A DNA stretch of 32,000 nt, taken from an endosymbiont of Escarpia spicata. Its GTDB lineage: Bacteria > Pseudomonadota > Gammaproteobacteria > Chromatiales > Chromatiaceae. The notes beneath the pieces are model-generated. The model made no database searches. It saw only the letters and a program-made list of their open reading frames with translations, and was not told the origin of the DNA. Position 1 is the stretch's first letter. Each line of letters begins with the position of its first letter. Made by a program: the position numbers and the translations under genes. The DNA lies in contig QFXE01000015.1 in NCBI GenBank assembly GCA_003349915.1, positions 24,355 to 56,354 of the forward strand, in the 5' to 3' direction. Positions 1-8,211 of the stretch are shown one piece after another.

Positions 1-1144
1 TCTCCTGAATCTTGGTTTCCTGGGTACTGGGGTCTGTAGACACTGTCACGATCAGGCCCCCTCGCTGATAGTAGCGTTTAGTCTGGGCCAGTTCGCGTTC
101 AGCGGCATCGACAACTCGATGAATCTCACCCCCAACCACACGAATCGTCGATTTCATGCGCGCGGCATTGATGTCAACATGCAGGGTATCGAGCAAATCT
201 CGAATGTGCCGGTCAGCGCAATGGCCATGGAGACACTTGAATCCACCAATTGGCCAGCTGTCATCGGGCTCGAAATAGGCCGTACCGCTGTCAATAGCAT
301 CGGTGTGCTCATTCACCCAAGGGCAGGTGATGTCGTGTTTGCCGTTACCCAGTGGGATTTTGTATAGCCCACGATCCCTCAAGCTGGCGAGGACTGCGTT
401 TTCATCCGGGCGAGGCAGCAGGATAGGGTCACCGTCGTCAGGGCGAGGTTGGGCTGTATGGAATGCTTGCCTTTTCGCTCGGCCAGACTGTGACATCTCA
501 AGCTGCAGGCCGTTGACCAGTTCCTCCACTGAATACCGAAGATCGGGGTTCCAGGCTTTCATTTTGCATCGAAAGGCTGGATCATGTTTGCCATTGACTG
601 CAACAGGTAGGCGCGCAAGTCGTGCGCGTGGCCCGTTTGCACCGGGATCGCAGAGACCGGCGGAAACTACGGCATTCATGAGCCGATCAGCCAGCAAGCC
701 ATCCGTAAGAGGGGTGTCCAACAGGTAACCCGCCTGATAGTTGCCGGGTGAGGTTTCCAGTAGCCAGGTGGGTGACAGAGTCAGCCGCTCTTTCGGCACT
801 TTGGTGCCGATGTCATCGAGCATGATGGTGTGGAGCGCCACGAACTGGGCCTTGCGTCGACGATATTTACCGGCTTCGTCGGGACGAAATACTGCCAGTG
901 AGAAATAGTTGTTTCCGTCGTCAGATAAATCTGAATCAACATCGTTCCAAGGTTGACCGAACCACGCAGAACTCTTCACAGATGCAGGGTTGCCATGAAA
1001 ACTGACGATGATCGGTGAGGCATGGTCATCGTGGTTACCAAACACAGAGTTCAGAAACTCACCATTTCCAATTGAGTAGGTTTCGTCGGTTTTTTCGGTT
1101 ACATCAACACAGGTTGGTAAAACTGTCAGATCATCATGTTTCAT
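1..1144 (-). CDS. Island replication protein, AEP/RepB-like primase (prim-pol type), N-terminal ~381 codons; the gene continues past the left window edge
   Basis: There is an uninterrupted minus-strand frame from the ATG (complement 1142..1144) to position 1. It is absent from the ORF track because it has no stop in the window. My translation is MKHDDLTVLPTCVDVTEKTDETYSIGNGEF...FRPDEAGKYRRRKAQFVALHTIMLDDIGTKV...SPGNYQAGYLL...CPWVNEHT...FKCLHGHCADRH. It shows a hydrophobic-DD metal motif and a Cys/His cluster, as in primases of P4-like islands. A G8 Shine-Dalgarno-like run lies 7 nt upstream. The gene sits directly downstream of alpA. Confidence 0.7.
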   Translation of the reverse strand, partial: MKHDDLTVLPTCVDVTEKTDETYSIGNGEFLNSVFGNHDDHASPIIVSFHGNPASVKSSAWFGQPWNDVDSDLSDDGNNYFSLAVFRPDEAGKYRRRKAQFVALHTIMLDDIGTKVPKERLTLSPTWLLETSPGNYQAGYLLDTPLTDGLLADRLMNAVVSAGLCDPGANGPRARLARLPVAVNGKHDPAFRCKMKAWNPDLRYSVEELVNGLQLEMSQSGRAKRQAFHTAQPRPDDGDPILLPRPDENAVLASLRDRGLYKIPLGNGKHDITCPWVNEHTDAIDSGTAYFEPDDSWPIGGFKCLHGHCADRHIRDLLDTLHVDINAARMKSTIRVVGGEIHRVVDAAERELAQTKRYYQRGGLIVTVSTDPSTQETKIQE

Positions 1145-1159
1145 CGCTGAACCCCCCCC

Positions 1160-1357
1160 TTACTGTGCAGCCTTGCGACTGGCTTCAATCTTTTGGTTTA
1201 ACCAGTCATCAATATCAGATTCGAGCCAGCCGACAGAACGGCTACCCAGGATGATCTGGGCGGGAAATTTACCTTGGGCTATATAAAGATATATCGTGCT
1301 GCGAGAAAGCCCAGTACGTGCCTTGACGGCGGGAAGTCTGAGGATTGCAGTAGCCAT
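1160..1357 (-). CDS. alpA: AlpA/Vis-family helix-turn-helix regulator of integrative elements (65 aa)
   Basis: The sequence MATAILRLPAVKARTGLSRSTIYLYIAQGKFPAQIILGSRSVGWLESDIDDWL carries the classic AlpA (prophage CP4-57 regulator) signature. Its small size and position just upstream of the island primase fit. Confidence 0.9.
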   Translation of the reverse strand: MATAILRLPAVKARTGLSRSTIYLYIAQGKFPAQIILGSRSVGWLESDIDDWLNQKIEASRKAAQ

Positions 1358-1555
1358 GTTTGTGCCTCCTGAAGGCTCTGTGGAACATGGCTACCGATTG
1401 TTATGGCATGACGCTGGTATGAATAGCCGGGAATGTTGTAAAAACTTACTGGCAAAAACAGAGCGAGATAGGGAGGGCTTCTTGACTAAAGGGGGGGGTG
1501 GTTTCGGTCGATAGAAAAAATTATATCTATATTTACAATAAGTTAAATAGGGGGG

Positions 1556-2176
1556 TTATTTGCCTGGGGTTTTAGGTGCACCCCCTTTGTCTTGCCAGTT
1601 GGCTACCTTTGCACATTCTTCGATTCCCGTTTCGTTTGGTTTTCCTTCCTCATCAGATAATTTGTAATCAGCAGCATGTTCCCGGAGCCATTTGGATAGA
1701 GCCTGCTTAGGACTCTTGCCTGTTGTGTGTGTGGAATCTTCTAGCGCCAGCCAAGCGTTTATGGCAGCCGCAAGTTTTGGGGCATATCGCGGATGCAATG
1801 GATCTAGGTAATCTGGTTTATCTGTTTCTGTCGGAAAGAAAAACTCTGGCTGGAACTCTTGATCCCTTAACCATGCGCGAATGTCTTCCAACAAGATGGT
1901 GGTTCTCTGCCAGTCAATCTCATCAAATTCACACTCGGGGTCGAATTGAAGATCTTCTTCGTACATAGTCCTGGCGGGGAGTCGTTGAGACAAAACTGCA
2001 TGACAGAGCGCCGATCGTACCGCGTCGTAACCTTCGGGGCGTTTGTCCGGTTCCCAATCATCAACCCATTCTTGGTTGACAGCAGGGTCTGCACCGACGA
2101 TCAGAAGCGCAGTCTGAATAACGCTGTATGCTTCGCAAAGATGCCAGTAATCGAGTCCTTCCATAATCGAATCCAA
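1556..2176 (-). CDS. Hypothetical island protein (206 aa), acidic, no recognisable domain
   Basis: This is a long ORF with protein-like composition, co-oriented with alpA and the primase. I could recognise no motif. Confidence 0.6.
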   Translation of the reverse strand: MDSIMEGLDYWHLCEAYSVIQTALLIVGADPAVNQEWVDDWEPDKRPEGYDAVRSALCHAVLSQRLPARTMYEEDLQFDPECEFDEIDWQRTTILLEDIRAWLRDQEFQPEFFFPTETDKPDYLDPLHPRYAPKLAAAINAWLALEDSTHTTGKSPKQALSKWLREHAADYKLSDEEGKPNETGIEECAKVANWQDKGGAPKTPGK

Positions 2177-2255
2177 TTTGAATTGTCGTTGATGCGCCGC
2201 TAGGTGCCATTTTCATCCGATTGTATCCCTAGTAGTATAAGCGCAGGAACATGAA

Positions 2256-2396
2256 ATGACGCAACAGGCGAAACACTTTTCAGTGGCGATAATCAACTCC
2301 GAAACCAGCGCCATACTTGTAGAGCCGGTCGTAAAGGGTGGGCTAAAAGCCGTGGCTGAAAAAGAGCGGCGCAGTCTGGCCAACAGATTGAAGTGA
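2256..2396 (+). CDS. Possible small ribbon-helix-helix-like ORF (46 aa), apparently split from a 22-codon continuation at 2396..2464
   Basis: My own translation is MTQQAKHFSVAIINSETSAILVEPVVKGGLKAVAEKERRSLANRLK*, with the stop overlapping ATG 2396 (TGATG). The next frame reads MIRRYCNEAGVSIKDTYTNRAN*. It is too short for the ORF track. It lies about 150 nt upstream of hsdR. Confidence 0.25.
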   Translation: MTQQAKHFSVAIINSETSAILVEPVVKGGLKAVAEKERRSLANRLK

Positions 2397-2547
2397 TGAT
2401 TCGGCGGTATTGCAACGAGGCGGGAGTGTCTATTAAGGATACATATACAAATCGGGCCAATTGAATGAGTCACGACAAGGAAGGTTGGATGGGCACCAGA
2501 ATTAAGAAAATAAAACAACCGCCCCTGGAGACAGAGGCTGAGTATCG

Positions 2548-4896
2548 ATGGACAAAAAAGACAAACAACAACTCAGTGAAATAGACATCTGCGACCTGTT
2601 CATCACCCCTGCCATCAAGGAGGCAGGCTGGGATCAAATGCAGCAGATCCGCCGTGAGGTCACCCTGACCCCCGGCCCGGTCATCGTTCGCGGCAACATG
2701 TCAGCCCGCAACAAGAAAAAGAAAAAATTCGCCGACTATGTGCTCTCCAAGGAGCCCGGTATCCCCATTGCCGTGGTCGAGGCCAAGGATAACAAGCACA
2801 CTGTAAGCCACGGTATGCAGCAGGCGCTCGGCTATGTGGAAATACTCGAAGTCCCCAGTGCCTTCAGCTCAAACGGCGACGCCTTCGCCTCCCACAACAA
2901 GGTGCTAGCGACCGGTGAGCCAATCGAAACCGAATTTCCGCTCGATGCATTCCCAACGCCAGCAACCCTCTGGCAACGGTACAAGACCTATCGTGGCATC
3001 GAAGATCAGGCCGAAGATCTGGTTATCCAGCCCTATCACATGGACAGCAGCGGCAAAGAGCCACGCTACTACCAGGTAGAGGCCATCAATCGCACCATCG
3101 AGGCCGTTGCCCGCGGGCAAAAGCGCGTCCTGCTGGTCATGGCCACCGGTACGGGCAAGACCTACACCACCTTCCAGACCATCTGGCGGTTGTGGAAGGC
3201 TCAGCACGTCAAGCGCGTACTGTTCCTGGTCGACCGAAATATCCTTGCTGATCAAACCCTGGTTAACGACTTCAAGCCCTTCGGCTCGGTCATGACCAAA
3301 ATCAAAAACCGCAAGATCGACCCATCCTACGAGATCTACCTGGGCCTATACCAAGCCATCACCGGGCCGGACGAAGAAGATAAGATCTTCAAATCCGTCT
3401 CCCGCGACTTCTTCGACATGATTGTCATTGACGAGTGCCACCGTGGCAGCGCCGCAGACGATTCCGCCTGGCGTGAGATCCTCGAATACTTCTCCGGTGC
3501 CGTGCAGCTCGGTCTCACCGCCACCCCCAAAGAGACCAAATACGTCTCCAGTACCACCTATTTTGGCGAGCCGGTTTATACCTACAGCCTCAAACAGGGC
3601 ATAGAAGATGGCTTCCTCGCGCCTTACAAGGTGGTACGTATCGACATCGACAAAGATGTGCTCGGCTGGGTGCCACCGCCCGGTATGAACGACGACCTCG
3701 GCCAGGTGATCGAGCATCGGGAATACAACCAGGCAGACATGGACCGCATCCTGGTCCTCAATCAGCGCACCAAACTGGTGGCCAACCGTGTCATGCAATA
3801 CCTCAATGCCACCGATCCATTCAGTAAGACCATCATCTTCTGTGAAGACATCGACCACGCCGAGCGCATGCGCGTCGCCATCGTTAATGCCGCCGGGCAG
3901 GTGGCTATCGACAACCCCAACTACGTCATGCGCATCACTGGTGACAGTGTCGAAGGCAAGGCCGAGTTGGACAACTTCATCGACCCGGAAAGCCGCTTCC
4001 CGGTCATCGCCACCACCTCTGAACTACTCAGCACCGGCGTTGATGCCAAAACCTGCAAGCTCATCGTGCTGGACAAGACCATCACCTCCATGACCAGCTT
4101 CAAACAGATCATTGGCCGTGGCACCCGCATTGATGAGGAGAACGGCAAGTGGTTCTTCAGCATCATGGATTTCAAGAAGGCCACCGAACTGTTCCGCGAT
4201 CCCGACTTCGATGGCGAACCCGTGGTGATCTACGAGCCGGGCGATGACGACGACCCCGTGCCACCCGATCCAGATCCCGGTGATGATGTGCCAGATGATG
4301 AGATACAGGAGGAGCCTGGCACATACAAAGTGCGCGTCAGCGGCGTACCAGCCCGTATCATCCACGAACGTATCGAATACATCGGCCCAGATGGTGATCT
4401 GATCACCGAGTCCTACAAAGACTTCAGCCGCAAGCAGATTCAATCTGAATACGCCTCACTGGATGACTTCCTCAAACGCTGGAACGGCGAGAAGAAAAAG
4501 CAGGCCATCCTCGACGAGTTGGAAGAACACGGCATCGTCCTCGACAACCTTGCCGCTGAGATCGGCAAAGACTATGGCGACTTTGACCTCATCTGCCACA
4601 TCGCCTTCGGCCAGCCGCCACTTACACGTAAAGAGCGCGCCAACAAGGTCAAAAAGCGCAACTACTTCACCCAATATGGCGACCAGGCCCGAGCCGTACT
4701 GGATGCCCTGCTGGAAAAATATGCTGACGAAGGCATTAACACCCTGGAAAGCGCCAAGGTGCTGAAGCTCAAACCTTTCGACCAGATAGGCACCCCGGTG
4801 GAGATCATCACCAAGGTATTCGGTGGCAAAGCAAAATACGAGGCCGCCATACAAGAACTCGAACAAGCCCTCTTTGAGCAGGACCAAACCGCATGA
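2548..4896 (+). CDS. hsdR: Type I restriction enzyme R subunit (HsdR), 782 aa, probably the EcoAI/EcoEI-like (type IB) family
   Basis: It has an N-terminal PD-(D/E)xK-like nuclease region (FADYVL...VVEAKD), helicase motif I MATGTGKT and motif II DECHRG. The C-terminal segment YGDFDLICHIAFGQPPLTRKERANKVKKRNYF resembles the EcoEI R C-terminal domain. There is an ATGA stop/start overlap with hsdM. Confidence 0.95.
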   Translation: MDKKDKQQLSEIDICDLFITPAIKEAGWDQMQQIRREVTLTPGPVIVRGNMSARNKKKKKFADYVLSKEPGIPIAVVEAKDNKHTVSHGMQQALGYVEILEVPSAFSSNGDAFASHNKVLATGEPIETEFPLDAFPTPATLWQRYKTYRGIEDQAEDLVIQPYHMDSSGKEPRYYQVEAINRTIEAVARGQKRVLLVMATGTGKTYTTFQTIWRLWKAQHVKRVLFLVDRNILADQTLVNDFKPFGSVMTKIKNRKIDPSYEIYLGLYQAITGPDEEDKIFKSVSRDFFDMIVIDECHRGSAADDSAWREILEYFSGAVQLGLTATPKETKYVSSTTYFGEPVYTYSLKQGIEDGFLAPYKVVRIDIDKDVLGWVPPPGMNDDLGQVIEHREYNQADMDRILVLNQRTKLVANRVMQYLNATDPFSKTIIFCEDIDHAERMRVAIVNAAGQVAIDNPNYVMRITGDSVEGKAELDNFIDPESRFPVIATTSELLSTGVDAKTCKLIVLDKTITSMTSFKQIIGRGTRIDEENGKWFFSIMDFKKATELFRDPDFDGEPVVIYEPGDDDDPVPPDPDPGDDVPDDEIQEEPGTYKVRVSGVPARIIHERIEYIGPDGDLITESYKDFSRKQIQSEYASLDDFLKRWNGEKKKQAILDELEEHGIVLDNLAAEIGKDYGDFDLICHIAFGQPPLTRKERANKVKKRNYFTQYGDQARAVLDALLEKYADEGINTLESAKVLKLKPFDQIGTPVEIITKVFGGKAKYEAAIQELEQALFEQDQTA

Positions 4897-6422
4897 GCAA
4901 CGTTTCTGGCATCATCAAATCCATCCAGGACATCATGCGCAAAGATGTCGGCGTCGATGGCGACGCCCAGCGCATCAGCCAACTGGTGTGGATGTTCTTC
5001 CTCAAGATTTTCGATGACCGCGAGGCAGAACTGGAACTGCTGGAGGACGACTACCAGTCACCCCTTCCCGATGACTTGCGATGGCGGGCTTGGGCAGCGG
5101 ATACCGAAGGGGTGACGGGTGAAACCCTGGCCCGATTCGTCAACGACTCACTGTTCCCCACGCTCAAGGAGAAACTACCCACCCACGGCCCGGCAGGCCA
5201 ACGCGCCCAGGTGGTGCGCACCGTCTTCGAGGATGCTTACAATTACATGAAGTCTGGCACTCTCATGCGCCAGGTCATCAACAAGATCAACGAAATCGAC
5301 TTCAACAACACCGAAGACCGCCACACCTTCGGCAGCATCTACGAACAGATTCTCAAAGACCTGCAAAGCGCCGGTAATGCGGGCGAGTTCTACACCCCCC
5401 GTGCTGTCACCCGCTTTATCGTCAACCGGGTGGATCCCAAGCTGGAAGAGAAGGTGCTCGACCCGGCCTGTGGAACCGGCGGTTTTCTCGCCTGCACCAT
5501 CGACCACAAGCGTGAGCACTACGTCAAAACCAGCGAAGACGAAGAAGACTTGCAAGCCTCCATCTTCGGCGTAGAGAAAAAGGCCCTGCCGCACATGTTG
5601 GCCACCACCAACATGATCCTGCATGGAATCGACACGCCCACCGACATCCGCCACGACAACACCCTGAGCCGCCCCTACAAGGACTACGGCAACAAAGACC
5701 GCAAAGCCGTCATCATCACCAACCCGCCTTTCGGCGGCATGGAAGAGGACGGCATCGAAAACAACTTTCCCGCCAACCTGCGCACCCGTGAGACCGCCGA
5801 CCTGTTCATGGCGCTCATCATCAAGCTGCTCAAGGACAAGGGCCGCGCCGCCGTGGTGTTGCCCGATGGTTTCCTGTTTGGCGAAGGCATGAAGACCCGG
5901 CTCAAGGAGAAGCTGCTGGAAGAGTGCAATCTGCACACCATCGTTCGTCTGCCCAATGGTGTCTTCAACCCCTACACCGGCATCAAGACCAACCTGCTGT
6001 TCTTCACCAAGGGGCAGCCCACCGAATGGATCTGGTACTACGAGCACCCCTACCCGGAGGGCGTCAAAAGCTACAACAAAACCAAGCCCATGCGCTTTGA
6101 GGAGTTCCAGGTCGAGATCGACTGGTGGGGTGATGAGGCCGCCGGCTTCGCCAGCCGTGAGCAAACTGAACAGGCCTGGCAGGTCAGTGTTGACGAAATC
6201 AAGGACCGCAACTACAACCTCGACATCAAAAACCCCCATGTCGGCGAACAGGTCAATCACGATCCCGACGAACTGCTGCAACAGTATCAGGAGCAGCAAC
6301 AGGCCATCACTGACCTGCGCGAACAGCTCAAGGCCAGTCTGCATCAGGCACTGAACGCGACCGCCAGGGATGGCGGAAGTGCCGAAAATGCAGGAGCAAT
6401 TTTTGGCGAGGACCAGGCATGA
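4893..6422 (+). CDS. hsdM: Type I R-M N6-adenine DNA methyltransferase subunit (HsdM), 509 aa
   Basis: It has the AdoMet motif LDPACGTGGFL and the catalytic motif IITNPPFGG. It shows the HsdM N-terminal pattern (IIKSIQDIMRKD...QLVWMFFLKIFDD). ATGA overlaps occur on both sides. Confidence 0.95.
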   Translation: MSNVSGIIKSIQDIMRKDVGVDGDAQRISQLVWMFFLKIFDDREAELELLEDDYQSPLPDDLRWRAWAADTEGVTGETLARFVNDSLFPTLKEKLPTHGPAGQRAQVVRTVFEDAYNYMKSGTLMRQVINKINEIDFNNTEDRHTFGSIYEQILKDLQSAGNAGEFYTPRAVTRFIVNRVDPKLEEKVLDPACGTGGFLACTIDHKREHYVKTSEDEEDLQASIFGVEKKALPHMLATTNMILHGIDTPTDIRHDNTLSRPYKDYGNKDRKAVIITNPPFGGMEEDGIENNFPANLRTRETADLFMALIIKLLKDKGRAAVVLPDGFLFGEGMKTRLKEKLLEECNLHTIVRLPNGVFNPYTGIKTNLLFFTKGQPTEWIWYYEHPYPEGVKSYNKTKPMRFEEFQVEIDWWGDEAAGFASREQTEQAWQVSVDEIKDRNYNLDIKNPHVGEQVNHDPDELLQQYQEQQQAITDLREQLKASLHQALNATARDGGSAENAGAIFGEDQA

Positions 6423-8188
6423 GTGCAGAGGTAAATGCTCAAGCCAGCGGTAATCCGGTCATCGATCATCTAGATCTCTGGAGCAGTGTCTATGTGAGAA
6501 AGGCCACCACTGGACGTGGTAGCAATGTCAAGGTCAGTCCCTACGGCATCCAGAAACTGCGCGAACTGATTCTGGAGCTGGCTGTGCGGGGAAAGCTGGT
6601 ACCACAAGACCCCAATGATGAACCTTCCAGTGTGCTGTTGGAAAAGATTGCTGAAGAAAAAGCGCGGTTGGTAAAGGAAGGTAAGTTAAAGAAGCAGAAA
6701 AAGTTACCTAGAATCGGAGATGAACAGCCTCATAATCTCCCAGAAAACTGGGAGTGGATGCGATTGGGGGCCGTTACAAATTACGGGGTTACTGAAAAGG
6801 CCAATCCTGGTGATGTTGATGATGATGTTTGGGTTCTAGAGTTAGAGGATGTGGAAAAGGTTACATCAAGATTACTGAAACGCATTCGGTATTCTGAACG
6901 GCCATTCAAAAGCGCAAAAAATAGATTTGAAATTGGAGATGTGCTCTACGGAAAGCTACGCCCCTATTTGGATAAGGTTCTGGTCGCGGACGAATCTGGT
7001 GTTTGTACCACTGAGATTATCCCAATAAGAAGTTACGCGGGATTTGTTTCTGAATATTTGCGTCTGTTACTTAAAGCTCCCAGTTTTATTATTTACGCCA
7101 ACGAATCAACACATGGAATGAATCTACCTAGGCTGGGGACTGATAAAGCTCGACTGGCGCTGATTCCAGTGGCACCCGCTGCCGAACAACACCGCATCGT
7201 CGCCAAAGTCAACGAACTCATGGCCCTCTGCGACCATCTGGAACAACAACAAACCGACAGCCTCCAGGCCCACCAGACCCTGGTCGAAACCCTGCTGCGC
7301 ACCCTCGTTGATGCCAGTGATGCCGAAAGCACCCAACAAGCCTGGAGCCGCATCGCTGAACACTTCGACACCCTCTTCACCACCGAAGCATCCATCGATC
7401 AACTCAAACAAACCATCCTCCAACTCGCCGTCATGGGCAAACTCGTCCCCCAAGACCCCAATGACGAACCGGCTAGTGTGTTGTTGGAAAAAATTGCGGA
7501 AGAGCAGGCGGGGTTGATAAAGGAAGGAAAGATAAGAAAGAAAATTGCATTGCTGGAAATATCCACTGATGAAAAATTGTTCGACTTGCCTTTTGGTTGG
7601 GAGTGGGTGCGCTTGGGTGCGCTATCACCAGATTTTCAAAACGGTGCGTCGAGCCGTGGAGACAAAGAAGGAAAAGAGACTGTAGTTTTGAGACTGGCAG
7701 ATATTGATAACTGGCGCATATCACTCGCAGAGCCCCGGAGCCTTACGATAGCAGAATCCTCAATCAACAAATATTCGTTAGAAAAAAATGATGTATTGAT
7801 TATCAGAGTAAACGGCAGTGCAGATATTGTTGGCAGATTTGTCTTATGCGACCGTGAAATCAAAGCCATTTATTGCGACCACTTCATTCGTATGCGCTTT
7901 CCTGTGCAAGCACTTGTTCCTGCGTATCTTGAATTACTTGGCTCTTCAAGTCTGGTTAGGCAAAAGATTAACGATCTGTTCGTCAGCACGGCAGGCCAAA
8001 AGACTGTTAACCAAAAACACATTGGCTCTTTAGCAATTACACTTCCTCCTCTGGCCGAACAACACCGCATTGTCGCCAAAGTAAACGAACTCATGGCCCT
8101 CTGCGACACCCTCAAGGCCCGCATCCAGGATGCCCAAACCGCCCAGGTTCATCTGGCTGATGCCGTCGTCGAGCAGGCCGTGGCATGA
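6419..8188 (+). CDS. hsdS: Type I R-M specificity subunit (HsdS), 589 aa, two target-recognition domains separated by duplicated conserved helices
   Basis: The conserved spacers are duplicated: GKLVPQDPNDEP(S/A)SVLLEKIAEE... twice and AEQHRIVAKVNELMALCD twice. Each TRD starts with the LP.(N/G)WEW.RLG motif. Confidence 0.95.
   Translation: MSAEVNAQASGNPVIDHLDLWSSVYVRKATTGRGSNVKVSPYGIQKLRELILELAVRGKLVPQDPNDEPSSVLLEKIAEEKARLVKEGKLKKQKKLPRIGDEQPHNLPENWEWMRLGAVTNYGVTEKANPGDVDDDVWVLELEDVEKVTSRLLKRIRYSERPFKSAKNRFEIGDVLYGKLRPYLDKVLVADESGVCTTEIIPIRSYAGFVSEYLRLLLKAPSFIIYANESTHGMNLPRLGTDKARLALIPVAPAAEQHRIVAKVNELMALCDHLEQQQTDSLQAHQTLVETLLRTLVDASDAESTQQAWSRIAEHFDTLFTTEASIDQLKQTILQLAVMGKLVPQDPNDEPASVLLEKIAEEQAGLIKEGKIRKKIALLEISTDEKLFDLPFGWEWVRLGALSPDFQNGASSRGDKEGKETVVLRLADIDNWRISLAEPRSLTIAESSINKYSLEKNDVLIIRVNGSADIVGRFVLCDREIKAIYCDHFIRMRFPVQALVPAYLELLGSSSLVRQKINDLFVSTAGQKTVNQKHIGSLAITLPPLAEQHRIVAKVNELMALCDTLKARIQDAQTAQVHLADAVVEQAVA
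7181..7234 (+). repeat. hsdS internal direct repeat, copy 1 (54 nt, encodes AEQHRIVAKVNELMALCD)
   Basis: gccgaacaacaccgcatcgtcgccaaagtcaacgaactcatggccctctgcgac differs at 2 of 54 positions from copy 2 at 8054..8107. Confidence 0.9.
8054..8107 (+). repeat. hsdS internal direct repeat, copy 2
   Basis: gccgaacaacaccgcattgtcgccaaagtaaacgaactcatggccctctgcgac lies 873 nt downstream of copy 1 in the same frame. Confidence 0.9.
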
Positions 8189-8211
8189 CCGACTGGGGAT
8201 AACGCACCGAA

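Noticed and set aside
119-1254. Plus-strand ORFs 119..367, 303..728 and 1015..1254
   Set aside because: They overlap the uninterrupted minus-strand primase frame. Their translations are Arg/Ser/Pro-rich nonsense with no motifs.
2213-2518. 101 aa minus-strand ORF in the alpA-side/hsdR intergenic region
   Set aside because: The translation is Cys/Ser/Ile-rich and implausible. It has no RBS, and it overlaps the more plausible plus-strand RHH-like mini-ORFs.
2711-2730. A-rich run aacaagaaaaagaaaaaattc in hsdR (NKKKKKF), considered as a slippery or phase-variable tract
   Set aside because: The run is interrupted by G, and the longest homopolymer is only 6 nt. It encodes a plausible Lys-rich loop, and there is no evidence of frameshifting.
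5175-6344. 389 aa minus-strand ORF antisense to hsdM
   Set aside because: Its composition is low-complexity Gly/Val/Leu/Asp-rich, typical of the antisense frame of a GC3-rich gene. It is fully contained in hsdM, which has clear methyltransferase motifs.
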